Positions 25,575-39,620 are shown, counted from the first letter of the stretch. The stretch: DNA of 64,000 bases from Octopus bimaculoides (GCF_001194135.2 NC_068998.1:21642638-21706637); one strand, 5' to 3'. The notes: generated by a model from the sequence alone, not told the origin. Made by a program: numbers and translations.

Positions 25575-26891
25575 GATAGGCAGATAGATAGATAGATAAA
25601 TATTTATGCGCGCGCGCGCGTATTCTTTTACTTGCTTCAGTCGTTTGAGTGCGGCCATGCCGGAGTACATATAGATGGTTAGAAAAGGAAAAGTAGAAAT
25701 AAAGTGGTAAATAAAGACATGAATAAAGATAATGAGATAAGGAAATAAAGCGATAGAATGCGATAAATGAGGTAATATAAACGAGATAATATTCAGTGAA
25801 TTACAGGATATAGTCAGGTACATTGCATTAAAGTATAATTAGATAAAAATCTAAAACAACACTACGCAAAGTAACATAAGTAAATGCCGTTATTTTTTTA
25901 TTCTTGAATTTTCATAATTTTATTTTACAATGTTTTGTTACAGTTTAATTTTCTTAACTTTTACTAATTTGTTTTAATTGTAAACGTCCTATTAAAATTC
26001 CCGTAGTTCACATTTCGAATAACGAGGAAAATCAAGTTACTTTAGATGCGTAGATCTAACAAACATTTAACAAATACCATATTAGAACTATAATGTTGTT
26101 GTAACCCAACAAGAAATGACAGACATAGTAAAATTTTGCCAAAAGACTATGACTAGACGACGTAATGAGCATCAAAATTCAATATCATATGCTGATATGA
26201 TTGAAATCATGCATACTGGTAACAAAACAGATGTATTGTTGGTAACAGACAGCCTAGGACTAAGCCTGATGGCTAGAAAAGAATGACTTAGATTGTTATA
26301 GACACCGCAGTTACCATTTTCTTTTTCTCACCTTCCCTTGATATCCTGGGTTATTCACTCGCTTTCTTCATCTTCCTCCTTTTCTCTTCTTCTATTTTTC
26401 ATTTTTTTCTTTTCTTTGCTCTTCGATCCTCTTTCCATATCTCTATTACTTTCGTTTTCATTTACATTAGCACATGACGTACTGACACAGAAAACAATAG
26501 CATTTATAGCGGTCCTTTAGTCTTTTCATTCAATCAATCAATCGACAGATTGAGCAATGACAGCCATGAACGAAACTAATATGCATATCAGAAATAGCTC
26601 TAAGTCTACATTTCACAAATGAATTGATGTATTAAACCCATTATTTATGCCTGTTATTATATATCACTCTATGAAGACATACCATATTAATTTCATAATG
26701 CTGCCAAGTATTTACAAATCCGATTGATGATGGACTTCAACTTCGGATCTCGCCTTACGATTAACTGGAGTTCTATACCAAAAAAAAAAAAAATTGTTTA
26801 ACCTGGGTTATTTTGCATTAGCAGAGACCTAAATAAGTATTTTCCCAGATTGGTAATCACTTGCTAATAACACTTTATTCTGATATCGGTA

Positions 26892-26895
<4 letters not shown>

Positions 26896-26963
<68 letters not shown>
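26896..26963. repeat. (CA)n microsatellite
   Basis: Read directly from the sequence. Confidence 0.95.
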
Positions 26964-26966
<3 letters not shown>

Positions 26967-27921
26967 ACAAGGGTACTACCTGAAGCTATGAAAGAGTGGC
27001 CATAACTTTTATTATGAGTTGGCATAGCTCCTTCAAATTGCAGAGAAATAACTCTTTCCTATTGAAAGGAATATACGTACAGCGTAACAACAAAATGTGC
27101 ATCATAAGGGATGCATTTACATCAATATTGAACCCGATGTTCAAATCCGCTTTAAAAAATCCCACAAAATACGTACGGTTGCATCCGCTTCTTCATAATC
27201 AATTTCCAGTCAGCTGTGACATCAGATGGCTGTGACTGAAATATGTCCTTTATTTAGCAAACATTTGAGATCCAAGCTATACCGAGGATAAAATATAATC
27301 ACCTGAGCAATTTATCGATTACCTGATTTGTTGCCAATGTCGTACATGGAAATATATCACAGTAGGAAATTTGGATCGCTTACAGACTCTAGTGAGGTCT
27401 CTATCTCCTAATGGCTTTACGAAGGTATTGGGCATCTCAATGAACAATCCATTGCTTGCGGTAGAACGTCGTTTCAGGAAACGAAGGAAGATTTTGTCAT
27501 CTCACAAAACAGTCACCATGCCTTTCTGTACCGATCACTGCGGATTCTTTCGGTGGAATAATGTTCCCTATCCGGAGCATAACATGCTGCACACGTTTCA
27601 TTACCTGTCACAAGTTAGGAAAACAAACAATTCCAAAACAAAATTGTATCCAGTGAATTCAAACGATTGTAGCCGATAGAGAAAAATTCCAAAATTCTCA
27701 ACTCCGAATCGACCTTTAAGTAACCAAATACCTGTTTTGAACATACTTTTCAATACAATACAGGAAGAGTTTATTTATCAGTCTATGTTATGTGAAAGTT
27801 CTATTTTAAGGTATGGTTAATTTTACACTGCACACAGTAAGACTCTTGTGCGTGAATAGTTTCTATGAGTTCGCATATACGTATACATATCTATATCTAT
27901 CTATCTATCTATCTCTCTCTA

Positions 27922-27980
<59 letters not shown>

Positions 27981-28974
27981 GTTTATATAGATATAAAGAT
28001 CTATACGTATATAGAAACATACGCACATACACTCACATACATAAACGCAGGCGCGGGCATAGACACAGACTCACGCACACGCGTACAAACACAGACAGGT
28101 ACAGTACACAATACAAGTGGTGTTTAAAATTCACATCATTTGTTTTGGCAGCATTTTATTAATGCATTATTAGATTACATCATGACAAAAGTCGCCATCA
28201 TCAAAATGCTAAACATATAAACAGTTAAGGTAGAAATAGAAGATGGCGAGTTCTCCACTACCATAGTGAAGTGAACGTAATTTTGAGAAAGTACCATGGA
28301 ATTTATAGAGAAAGTGAAAGGGATACACAAAGGTCAAATCTACTCTATTCTTCACGTAATTGACTTAATTAGTTTAAGTTATGACTGGTGATAAGGTAGT
28401 AGACATGGTGGTATAGATAACAGAAAAATAAAAGGAATACCTATGCAAGATGGTCGTTCAAATAATGCATCAGACTAGAGACTTAAGGAGGTTTGAACTG
28501 TCGGCGTTCATTCGGCCATAGAACACATGCATACACATCGACATGTGCAGAAGATTATAATGATCTTTTTGTTTTACATAAGTACACTGTATATACAGCT
28601 ACACACACTCGACCTAATTTGTTTATATACATATGTAAGTATACTGCCATACACGCATATATAATCCTATATGCACACACATACACAAAAACGCACTCAC
28701 GTACACACACGCATGTACGCACACGCACGTACGCACACGCACGTACGCACACGCACGTACGCACACGCACGTACGTGCACACACGCACGCACGTACACAC
28801 ACATACACTACACACACATAGATACATATACGCACATATAGATGTAAGTATATTCATTCAATCTGATAATCTGTATACACACACCTTCGCATGTATCTAC
28901 AAACACATACGCATAGGTATGTTGCTGCGGTCGTCCAAGCCATGTCTAACTTAATAGCACCACCTGACACGATT

Positions 28975-29960
28975 AACTAAATTCTTTTAAAATCAACTTT
29001 TGTGATATCATGGCACATTCGAGTAGTGAGTTCTTGTTGAGTGAGTTGTATCTAGGTATTTGTGGCTTATCCAGTATTGCTTGGAGAAATTTGTCCAGAT
29101 TTCGTTTAAAGGTCATGGGATCATTTTCCTCTTTGATCTGTTTTGGGACAATGTTAAATAGGCCAGGACCTGTTGAGGAAAATAAATTTTGTTGCAGTGT
29201 GTTTGTGTGTTGTGACCCTGAATTGGGTAAGGAACGTATGGCCCGTGGTCCTAGCCTTGGATGAATTTTGAAGTTAATGCTGAGGTCGTTTAGGCAATGC
29301 TGGTGGTATATTCTCCACATCATGCAAATGATGTATTGCACACGGCGGTGCTGAAAAGATCAGAATATGAATGCTTTAAAGTAGTCCCAATAATCGAAAT
29401 CAGTCATGACCTTAATTCTTTTGGTGAATGAGCTCTGGGGTGATTCAATTTTTGAAATGTCTTGTTTTGTATGGAGAGACCACAGTGGAATGATGACACC
29501 TTATTCTCTGAACCGGAAGGTTCTTCGGGTTCAGGAGCTCATCCTACGAGCTATATCGACCTTATTGCTGATGTGGGCACTCCAACGGAGATTATTATCA
29601 ACAATTACTCCTAGGTTTCTGATATTATTAGATGCTGTGAGTGGTTCCCCTGAAGGAAGAGAGTATGGCTGTTTTAGCATCGTCTTTCTTCCAAAATGCA
29701 GCAGGGTAAATTTGATCTAGTTAGCCCCATGTATACACTTCGCTTTCTCTATAAATTCTACTGTACGTTTTCAAAATATTGCTTGTTTCACCACAGTATT
29801 GACGAACTGGTTATATTCTTCATATATCTTAGATGTTTAGCACTCCGCTGATGATGGCGTGTTTTTGCTATGAAGAAATCTAAGATTGCATCAATAAGAC
29901 GCTGCCGGAACAGTTGTTGTAAATTTTAAACCCCACTTGTGTTCTTCTGTTATAACTACT
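28975..29960 (-). mobile_element. CR1/L2-type LINE, RT C-terminal part to the 3' end (decayed)
   Basis: Frames give DLGVIVDNNLRWSAHISNKV, KIESPQSSFTKRI and GPGLFNIVPKQIK..FKRNLDKFL, typical of the CR1/L2 RT tail. Confidence 0.85.
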
Positions 29961-30291
29961 CTGCACTTCCCACCGCAGCTATGTCACAAATTGTGATCTG
30001 TCAGCCGACAATTAAACGATATGCAAATGAACCTAAGCACTTGAGCTGAGGACTAAGCCGTGATAATCTAAATGCCACCTGTTACATTATAACGGCATGA
30101 AATGCTTGTACTCTAAAACCTGGTCAATCAGACAAAGAATATGTCAAGGAAAATCTCAATTTTCTGTCTGTGAAAAGAATAAGACGTAATGATATTCTTT
30201 TACGTTTAAAGCTAAGTGTTACTAACCGTAATCTAACTACATTTATGCTCGTGTTCCAGGTTCTCTTGAACCCCTACACACATACACACAA

Positions 30292-30510
30292 GAAATGTTA
30301 GCACACCGGGCGAAATGCTTAGCCGTATTTCGTCTGCCGCTACGTTCTGAGTTCAAATTCCGCCGAGGTCGACTTTGCCTTTCATCCTTTTAGCGTCGAT
30401 TAAATAAGTACCAGTTACGCTCTGGGGTCGATACAATCGACTTAATCCGTATTTGTCTGTCCTTGTTTGTCCCCTCTGTGTGTAGCCCCTTGTGGGTAGT
30501 AAAGAAATAA
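30292..30510 (+). mobile_element. SINE (same core family), well preserved
   Basis: gttagcacaccgggcgaaatgcttagccgtatttcg...gagttcaaattccgccgaggtcgactttgcctttcatcc. Its 3' tail differs from that of the 13456 copy. Confidence 0.85.
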
Positions 30511-30946
30511 CACACAAACGTACACACACACATACACACATATACACACATATAGACACAGATACGAAAACACATACACACATGCACACACGCGAACACA
30601 ATTTGAAGCAATTAGAAATATGTTTCTAGACGTGTATATGCGTATGCATTTATAAAAGTATGGACGACGATTATTCATGCACATATAGATATAGAAATAG
30701 AAGAGCGTACGGAGCAATAGAAGTTATTCATGACATCTGCATATCCTTAATTGCCATGACTTCAAGAGATGATCTTCAAGTAGGTATGCCCATATTCAGC
30801 TTAAGACTTACGAATGTTATCGCTTCTTTCTCTCTCTCTCCATCACTGTCTATCACTATAAAACACACTCATCTATAGGCATACGTACATGCATATGTAT
30901 GGGTGAACGTGTGTGCGTGTGTATGTGTGTAGGTGCATATACATAC

Positions 30947-31017
<71 letters not shown>

Positions 31018-31325
31018 GGTGTGTGTATACGCACATATGTATACGCATAGATATATACATAAGTAAATTCTTTCCTGCGTGCATTCTATCTATGTGTGAG
31101 AATGCATCATTAAAATAGTTTCAAGAAATGTTCAATGCACTGAACATCATGCACGCATTAAAATAATGCATAACGTAAGTCACGTACAACACCTGACGAG
31201 CTGAAGCGGTATTCGCTTCCAAACTTATATACCTGCATACAAGAATGCATAAGAATATACATACATATAAAGAGAAAGGCATACACACATACAAACACAC
31301 ACATAAACAAATACACACATTCGTG

Positions 31326-31359
<34 letters not shown>

Positions 31360-31360
31360 C

Positions 31361-31395
<35 letters not shown>

Positions 31396-32351
31396 NNNNN
31401 NNNNNNNNNNNNNNNNNNNNNNNNNNNNNNNNNNNNNNNNNNNNNNNNNNNNNNNNNNNNNNNNNNNNNNNNNNNNNNNNNNNNNNNNNNNNNNNNNNNN
31501 NNNNNNNNNNNNNNNNNNNNNNNNNNNNNNNNNNNNNNNNNNNNNNNNNNNNNNNNNNNNNNNNNNNNNNNNNNNNNNNNNNNNNNNNNNNNNNNNNNNN
31601 NNNNNNNNNNNNNNNNNNNNNNNNNNNNNNNNNNNNNNNNNNNNNNNNNNNNNNNNNNNNNNNNNNNNNNNNNNNNNNNNNNNNNNNNNNNNNNNNNNNN
31701 NNNNNNNNNNNNNNNNNNNNNNNNNNNNNNNNNNNNNNNNNNNNNNNNNNNNNNNNNNNNNNNNNNNNNNNNNNNNNNNNNNNNNNNNNNNNNNNNNNNN
31801 NNNNNNNNNNNNNNNNNNNNNNNNNNNNNNNNNNNNNNNNNNNNNNNNNNNNNNNNNNNNNNNNNNNNNNNNNNNNNNNNNNNNNNNNNNNNNNNNNNNN
31901 NNNNNNNNNNNNNNNNNNNNNNNNNNNNNNNNNNNNNNNNNNNNNNNNNNNNNNNNNNNNNNNNNNNNNNNNNNNNNNNNNNNNNNNNNNNNNNNNNNNN
32001 NNNNNNNNNNNNNNNNNNNNNNNNNNNNNNNNNNNNNNNNNNNNNNNNNNNNNNNNNNNNNNNNNNNNNNNNNNNNNNNNNNNNNNNNNNNNNNNNNNNN
32101 NNNNNNNNNNNNNNNNNNNNNNNNNNNNNNNNNNNNNNNNNNNNNNNNNNNNNNNNNNNNNNNNNNNNNNNNNNNNNNNNNNNNNNNNNNNNNNNNNNNN
32201 NNNNNNNNNNNNNNNNNNNNNNNNNNNNNNNNNNNNNNNNNNNNNNNNNNNNNNNNNNNNNNNNNNNNNNNNNNNNNNNNNNNNNNNNNNNNNNNNNNNN
32301 NNNNNNNNNNNNNNNNNNNNNNNNNNNNNNNNNNNNNNNNNNNNNNNNNNN

Positions 32352-32430
<79 letters not shown>

Positions 32431-32434
32431 GCAA

Positions 32435-32756
32435 GAGTTAAAAAATGGAGTAGATAAGATCCGGGCTACGTATATTCCATACCGAGCGGAACCTCAGAAC
32501 TGGTAAATATCCAAGCACGGTGTTTACCGCAGGTTACTTTTCAGGAAGAGGATACCTATATAAAATGGAAGTTTATATTGCTGCAAGGAGGTGCATGTTA
32601 ACAAATGCGGCAATGTAAACTTTCATTTAATCAAGTTATCCTCAGCCCGAAGACTAACGTGCTGTATACACCTCTCCTGGATATTTACCACTTCTGAAGT
32701 TCCATTCGCTATTAAACATATGTAGCCCGGATTTTATCGTATCAATTCCTTAACTC
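32435..32756. repeat. Long imperfect inverted repeat (119-bp arms, 84-nt spacer)
   Basis: 32435-32553 aligns without gaps to the reverse complement of 32638-32756, with about 28 mismatches (about 76% identity, hand count). Confidence 0.9.
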
Positions 32757-34227
32757 ATTTATTCTTATTCGTATACCGCCAACCCTGGCTGCCTACTGTA
32801 ATATACAATAAAATAAAACCCCAAAAAGTTTATCGTACGTAAATATCCCACAACTTTCCGTCTCAATAAACCACTGTTCTCCCTGGAGGTTGTATATTTA
32901 TATTTACGACGGATTGCTTGAAGCTAACTTTCTTCCTACACCTCGTTCCTTGGATCTTACATGTACGCATATACACAGAGACACAGACGCAAACACAGAC
33001 TTACACTGACACACAGACACACATACACACACACTCATATAGGTACATGTGTACGCATGCTCTGATATATTTTTACGTGCTTGAACATGCAAACACGTAT
33101 ATCCATATTCAGCATAAAACTTTCAAGAGTGACAGATATACGTACAAACATATACATGCCAACCGATAAATATATAAGCCCATATATGTATATGTATGCA
33201 TAATTATTTTATGTGTATTAATTTTATATTCTCATCTTGATTAGTTAATCTTCAGAGTGTCCTTATTCAGCATAAATCTTAGAAGATATGTATACCTGTA
33301 CATATGCAGTCACACAGACACACATATATAATACAATATTATATATATATATNNNNNNNNNNNNNNNNNNNNNNNNNNNNNNNNNNNNNNNNNNNNNNNN
33401 NNNNNNNNNNNNNNNNNNNNNNNNNNNNNNNNNNNNNNNNNNNNNNNNNNNNNNNNNNNNNNNNNNNNNNNNNNNNNNNNNNNNNNNNNNNNNNNNNNNN
33501 NNNNNNNNNNNNNNNNNNNNNNNNNNNNNNNNNNNNNNNNNNNNNNNNNNNNNNNNNNNATATATATGTTTGCTGTGCTGCGTATATCTATATAACATTC
33601 ATTAATAGTAAAAATAAGACTGGGAATTGAATATAATTCCAGAATGACAGACTTAATCAGTGGAATAATATGCAATGCGTTATTTAAGTGCTTGCTTAGT
33701 TTTCAATGCATAGAACTTCTGAAACTATTTTAATGAGGGAGTGATACAGAGATGTATACAGTTGTAAAGAGCGAGCAATTGGGACAGAGAAAAGAGGGAG
33801 AGAAAGAGGGGGACCGAGAACGAGAGAGAGAAAGAAAGACAGACAGACTGAAAGATATAGAGAGAATGAATTAGAGACATAAATATATATTTAGAATGCA
33901 AGAGAATCATCAGAGAGGAACATTGCGACAGACTGTAAAAGACAGACAGAGAGTAAGTATGTAGAGCAGTATTTAAATGAAGCATCCTTTCTTAGTGAAA
34001 CGTCAGACAATTTTGGAAACTATTTCGCTAGACTTAATTAACTACATTTATTATGTCTTCAGGAAAGTTGTGTAAATAAAGGAGGTTAATTATGAGTCTA
34101 GAACGCAGTTGAAAATGCATTAATTGAAAGAGATCCGACCTGATCAGCTTATTTCAAAGTTTAGATATTGAAAGATTTAATTATCTCTTTCTCCTGCTCT
34201 GTCTTTCTGTCTGTTTGACTTTCTGCT

Positions 34228-34262
<35 letters not shown>

Positions 34263-34805
34263 GTCTCTCTCTCTTTGTCTCTCTCTCTTTGTCTCTCTCT
34301 GCATCTCCCCCTTCTCTCTCTCTCTCAATATGTTCTCATATATTTATGTGTTTATATATATATGTACGTATGTATATGTATAAAATAATAGAAGAATAAA
34401 AGAATATATATATATGTATATATATATATGAATATATGTATGCTTATATATATATATATATATACATCCAAGTTCAACACACACACACACACACACACAT
34501 ACACACATGTATCTATGTGTGGGTGTATGGTTACATAGCTTTGCTTAGCTGTGTATGTGCTTGTTTTCTTTAATCGTGTACTAAGTATGAAATCTAATAG
34601 TTTCAAAGTATTAGATCTAATCGAGCCTCTTTCCCTCCACAGATGTACATCTATTAAGATCAGTCTCATTATTAGTAATAGGTCCATGTCTAATAGATAC
34701 AGTTTGAATATTTAAAATAGATAAAGTACTATGTAAGACTACTATAGATATATGATTAGCAAAAGGTTTACATATTAAAAAAGAGAACAAAGTTAAACTG
34801 TTAAC

Positions 34806-34865
34806 CTGGCAATATTGAAAGCCCACTGAATCTTTTAATGATTGTTGAGGTGATGTATATCCCAA
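34806..34865 (-). CDS. Candidate exon (60 nt), unidentified gene
   Basis: Acceptor ttttttattaaacaattttcAG and a weaker donor cag|GTTAAC. Open frames are LGYTSPQQSLKDSVGFQYCQ and GIYITSTIIKRFSGLSILP. Confidence 0.33.
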
Positions 34866-36591
34866 CTGAAAATTGTTTAATAAAAAATGCTGGTGTGAGT
34901 ATTGCATTCTTCTACAGCTGAATATATATAGGATTATACAATTTGATGTTTTTTCTTTGTTTTATATATAGCATACAGCTTGTCAGTTATAGGACAATCT
35001 GTTACTTGTAAAATGTGTAGGGCCGACATATGAACTCCATACATTACGTTTGGTGGGATAATATACGTTTGAAAATGTTTGAATATGTATTTGCCTTAAA
35101 ACCTGGTGTTGTGTAGGAACAATCATTAAAATTCCTTTGCTAAATGCCGAATAGTTGATATATATATATATCTGACAGATTTTTCTTGGTTTTATCTTGC
35201 CTGCTTTCTGGTAAACAATGAATAAATTATAACAAACATTTTGGTGACTTTCTATAAGCATCAGATCTGTCACCTTAATATATTGTTCCTGGTACATCGC
35301 AACGTATATAGAAAAAAAAACTAAGTTTCACAATACACTTATTATTTACGCGGGTGAATTAGCGAATCGTCACGTGATTTATGCGTAATTTCATTGATTA
35401 TGTCAATATTTAATTATGGCAATATTCAGGACATTGTTCATATACATTATAGTGGACGAACGTAGATAAGAAATGTGTATAGGTTGTCAAACAACCTATT
35501 ACACGCAGTTGTAGTACAGTGTCAGAATATTTACCAAAGATTTATTGCTTTTGAGTGTGGAAATCACTTGAAACGACAATTATAAATGCAACGCACTGTG
35601 TTGGTTTTGTATCGTTATTAGTTACTCTTAATTAATTATTGCATTGTTGCTAGCTATTGATACATTTCTCGTCGGATGTAGCTGTGTCACTGAAAACTGA
35701 TTTACGTTTCACTAGAAAAATATTTATTTGTTGCTCTATAGTTTAGATCTTTAACACTTCATGTACGGATGGATAAAATTCCATTCATTGATTATCTCTT
35801 ATGTAAAGATTACATAAGACTACGCAGTTACTGCAATGTAATTAATCGCACGTCTACTCTTCTGCTACGTCGATGCTTTTACTCCAATTTATTGACTATA
35901 ATTTGTGTTATGTTTATAGTCTTATACTAATGAAGTAGAAAGTGTTTTTGTAGTGTCAACAAAATAATACATGGTCAATAACTAAATATGAACTCTGGTC
36001 ATTATAAATCTTTCTAAAGAACATTGTTTTCATACAATGTTTGAATACAAAACTGGAGTTGAAAAAGTTCAAATACAAACAAAAGTAAAAATTTTTCATG
36101 AAATGCAGACCGAATTTAATATCAATTTTCAACTTTGGTGTAGATTTTAAAGTAATTTATTACTTGATTCAAAATTATGAAATATTTGTTCCGTGAAATC
36201 GAAACAACACATAGACATTATGACCTGAAAAATATTATGTGGTCAAAATTTCATTTTTATATATGCTGGAGAATCATAGCTTGTCGGCTACATTTTTAGT
36301 AAAGAAACAAACGCTGACAGAGTAAAAGGTTTATTTGCAAACTGATTTATTTCGAAGTATTTGATCAACATATCTGATGCAGATGGGATTTGAAACACAA
36401 TTCCAGAAGAAAAGTGGAGTTAACACAAAACACAAAAGTGTCTGATAAACAAAAAAGAGTTTTTTTCAGAATTAAGCATCTTTTGAACTTTAGTCAATTA
36501 GTAAATTCTTTACTATTTATACTCTGGAACATGTAATGTCAAGAACACACACGTAGCATTTACGTTCCTAATATTGACTTCCAATATTGAC

Positions 36592-36730
36592 ACAAGACCA
36601 GTAATTTCGATGGCGGTGTATAAGTCGATTACATCGACACCACCGTTCAACTGAAAGAGTGAAAAGCAAAGTTGAATCTGGAGGCATTTGAAATCAGAAT
36701 GTGAAGTTTGAAAAGATGCCGCTAAACATT
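36592..36730 (-). mobile_element. SINE fragment (same core family)
   Basis: gtcgattacatcgac..gaaaagcaaagttgaatctggaggcatttgaaatcagaa is the reverse complement of the family core. It is strongly decayed. Confidence 0.55.
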
Positions 36731-37679
36731 TTTCCTAGTGCGGTATCGCTTCTGCTTGCTACCTTTCATGTTCCTAATAGTTACTGAGTCGTTATCTTAC
36801 AGTAAATAATTCACATCGTATTAATGTGAAATATTTACTCAGTTTGATTCGTTCAAGATACGTCTAATGTTCAGACTACCTGCCATCATCAGATATGTAT
36901 ACAGTGTTATGCTTTAGAAAAGTCAATGGATGCAAGAGTTCGATCACCTTCAAAATGTGTGCTTATGTCTTCGCATTTCAAACGTGCCTCTACTGAATCA
37001 AAAGTCATGCTTTTATTATCAAATTTCGAACCAGAAGATTTACATATATATCTATTTTCAATTAACATGCTTTCGGAGAAGAGATATTACGGAGAAGCTT
37101 ACCAGCAGGAAAAGTTTGATTAACGAACATGCAATCAGTAATGTGTTTTGTAGTATTTCTGTACCCTATATTCTTCATGTGCAAATGAAAGACTCCTAAT
37201 CATTTGCACTATCTATAATGTTCACTATAGTTTGTAATAACCAGATTGGTTTATCTACCATAAGAGTCTGTAAATAATATTGTTAAAAGTCATCTCGGGT
37301 TTGTGTTAAAAAAAAAACGCTGCAGTGGTTTGCATCAACATTCGGAAATAAAAAACCTAAAAGAGCGAAATAAGTATTGCATGATAATTGTGAGGACCGT
37401 CCCTAACTCTAGTGTTATTCGATGAAGATACTGTATTAGTCAGTATGTCGGTGATATGAATTCACATGTTTGGATGCATATTCTCATCACATTCGTGTAT
37501 GAATCACGTAGAAACATGCTTCGTTCCCTGAATTTGTAAGAAAGTACCTACAATATATCCCACTTAAAGTCAATGAGCTGTCAACGCCCACAATAAATTG
37601 TTCAGTAATCTCACTCAAAAATAATATTGTTATTAAATTAATAAAGTTATTAATTAAAATTGTCATTGAACAATACATA

Positions 37680-38880
37680 GATAGGTCGACTGAAAGGTTC
37701 TTATGCTGACAAAGAGAACCTTATGGAATATGACCAAATGGTGTATATTATTCAACATAGTACTCCCTGCGGTACAAAGTCCTCTTTCACCCGTGTTGCA
37801 GTGGATGGGTCCCATTGGTGAAGAAACGAAGCTGTCATCCTTTGGTCAAAAAAGGCATCAACAGCTGATATAACGTCATCATCACTGACTTACTGGTTTT
37901 CAGCAAAGTGTTTTTTTTTCAGATGGAGTAATCAGAAGAATATGGGTCGGAGTATCAACTAGTTCAAAGTCACATTGAAGCACAATAACCATTGAAACCA
38001 AGGACTTCTGGGCGTTTGGTCTTGATAGGCTTTCGTAACTTCGTACCTGCAATTTGGTCTAGCACTCTCCGTTGATGGTATTGTGAACCTTGTCAATAGA
38101 TACAATGCCTTGTGCATCCCAAAACACTGAGGCTGTCACCTTCTCTGTAGATGGAACTATCTTGGGCTTCTTGGGCGCAGCAGAGGAGGGGTGTTTCAAC
38201 TGCATCGATTGTCACTTTGTCTCCGGTTCAAGATGATGACACTCGTCCTGCCGAAGGAAATGTTCAAGTGTCCCAGTGTGATCATTTTCAAACAATGTCA
38301 GATTTTACCGTGATGTAATCAACCTGGTGCGATTTGGATCAAGTATCAAAATACATGGGACCCATCGAGCATGAACTATCGTCATGCCAATTACATTGTG
38401 CAAAATATTCTCAACTCTCCTGACATGTACTAATAACATTGGTTATTTGATTTATTGTCATCCATTACCATATGGTGAACACGATCTATGTTGACTACGG
38501 TTGTGGCAGTCACAGGACGTCTAGATCCTGGGTCTTCTTCAAGGGTCTCCCATCTCGTCCTAAATTCAGTTTTCCACTCTTTTTTTGCTGTTGGTAAAGC
38601 TGGATCATCATCCCCTAATGTAGCAATCATGTCAGCATGAATGACCTTACGGGCTTAACAATTTTCTGCATGTGCATAACACAACGGTGCCACATTTTGT
38701 CGATTTTCAAGAGAAATCGCTACTACTTCGTTTTGAAGTTTGGGAAAATCAGATATCAGTTTACGTGGTGTGAAAAAATGCAGTTATTAATAAGAAGGTT
38801 TGAAATCAGTGCATGCAAGATTTCACAGCTCTAGTATCATTCCTTTATAACTAGCCTATGAACATTTCAGCCCTCCCTCG
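37680..38880 (-). mobile_element. Full-length decayed mariner element (about 1.2 kb) with TIRs and TA target-site duplication
   Basis: The termini ctgaaaggttcttatgct and ctgaaatgttcataggct form inverted repeats, with TA at 37678-79 and 38881-82. Transposase remnants include ATLGDDDPAL, RPVTATTVVNIDRVHHMVMD and KVTASVFWDAQGI. Confidence 0.9.
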
Positions 38881-39073
38881 TAACCTTATATTGGTAATTA
38901 ATATCAATGTGAAATATGATTAGACTATATTATCATACTACAATAAGTATTGTTATAATCTGGGTCTTCCCATAGTGAAGGATGTTTTAGTTATAATGCG
39001 TGTATTTGTTTCTGAATAATAAGAAGGAACATTGGAAGCGCTGTTCTCATGTTCTCAAATTTGCAGAACTCAC

Positions 39074-39196
39074 GCTTCGCCAAAACGTTTTGTGTATTGA
39101 GAAGGATATTTGAAACTAGCAACGTACTAATCGATATTAGTGAACTTTCACATCTCATTGTGTTCTCAGCTTGAGTACTTCTTATTGCCGCATCAT
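39074..39196 (-). CDS. Candidate exon (123 nt, phase 1-1) encoding a signal-peptide-like segment
   Basis: Acceptor ttatttctccttAG and donor GTGAGT. A single frame is open: DAAIRSTQAENT-MRCESSLISISTLLVSNILLNTQNVLAK, with the ATG at 39158. Confidence 0.5.
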
Positions 39197-39538
39197 CTAA
39201 GGAGAAATAACATGTTCCTTCTATCAATAACAGCCCATTTGAAATAGGAGAAATAATGTTCTGATAATACTAATATATAATAGATCGTCCGAAATGCTGT
39301 TTAATGGAGTCTTACAAAAGTTATAGATGTGAAAATATTCTGGATGGTCAAGGATGGAAACATACTCATGTCTGACTTCAGGTTAATCACAAATGCTAGA
39401 AAAATTGTTCTGGTGCTGTATTTGTTTAAAACTAATTTTATGCAGTATCTATTTAGAACTAATTATCTGCAGTAACTATTTAAAACTAAGTGGAGTGGGT
39501 AATTTCAAAGTTAATTGCCTAGACAGGATACGACTTAC

Positions 39539-39620
39539 CGACCTCATTGCTTCTTTTACGGTTGCGATCGACTCGGCCATTTTGCACACTTCTGGACAAG
39601 ACGATCAACATTAAATAATT
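39539..39620 (-). CDS. Candidate exon (82 nt; coding or 5' UTR)
   Basis: Acceptor ttatttcttttgtgcAG and donor GTAAGT. The through-frame reads NYLMLIVLSRSVQNGRVDRNRKRSNEV. An internal aaaATGG gives MAESIATVKEAMRS. Confidence 0.45.

Noticed and set aside
1083-33675. Long ORFs in the track that run through X residues
   Set aside because: They are open only because N-gaps contain no stop codons.
37103-37267. Minus-strand segment with a good acceptor and a GTAAGC donor
   Set aside because: All three frames contain stops, and the shorter open version needs a weak acceptor.
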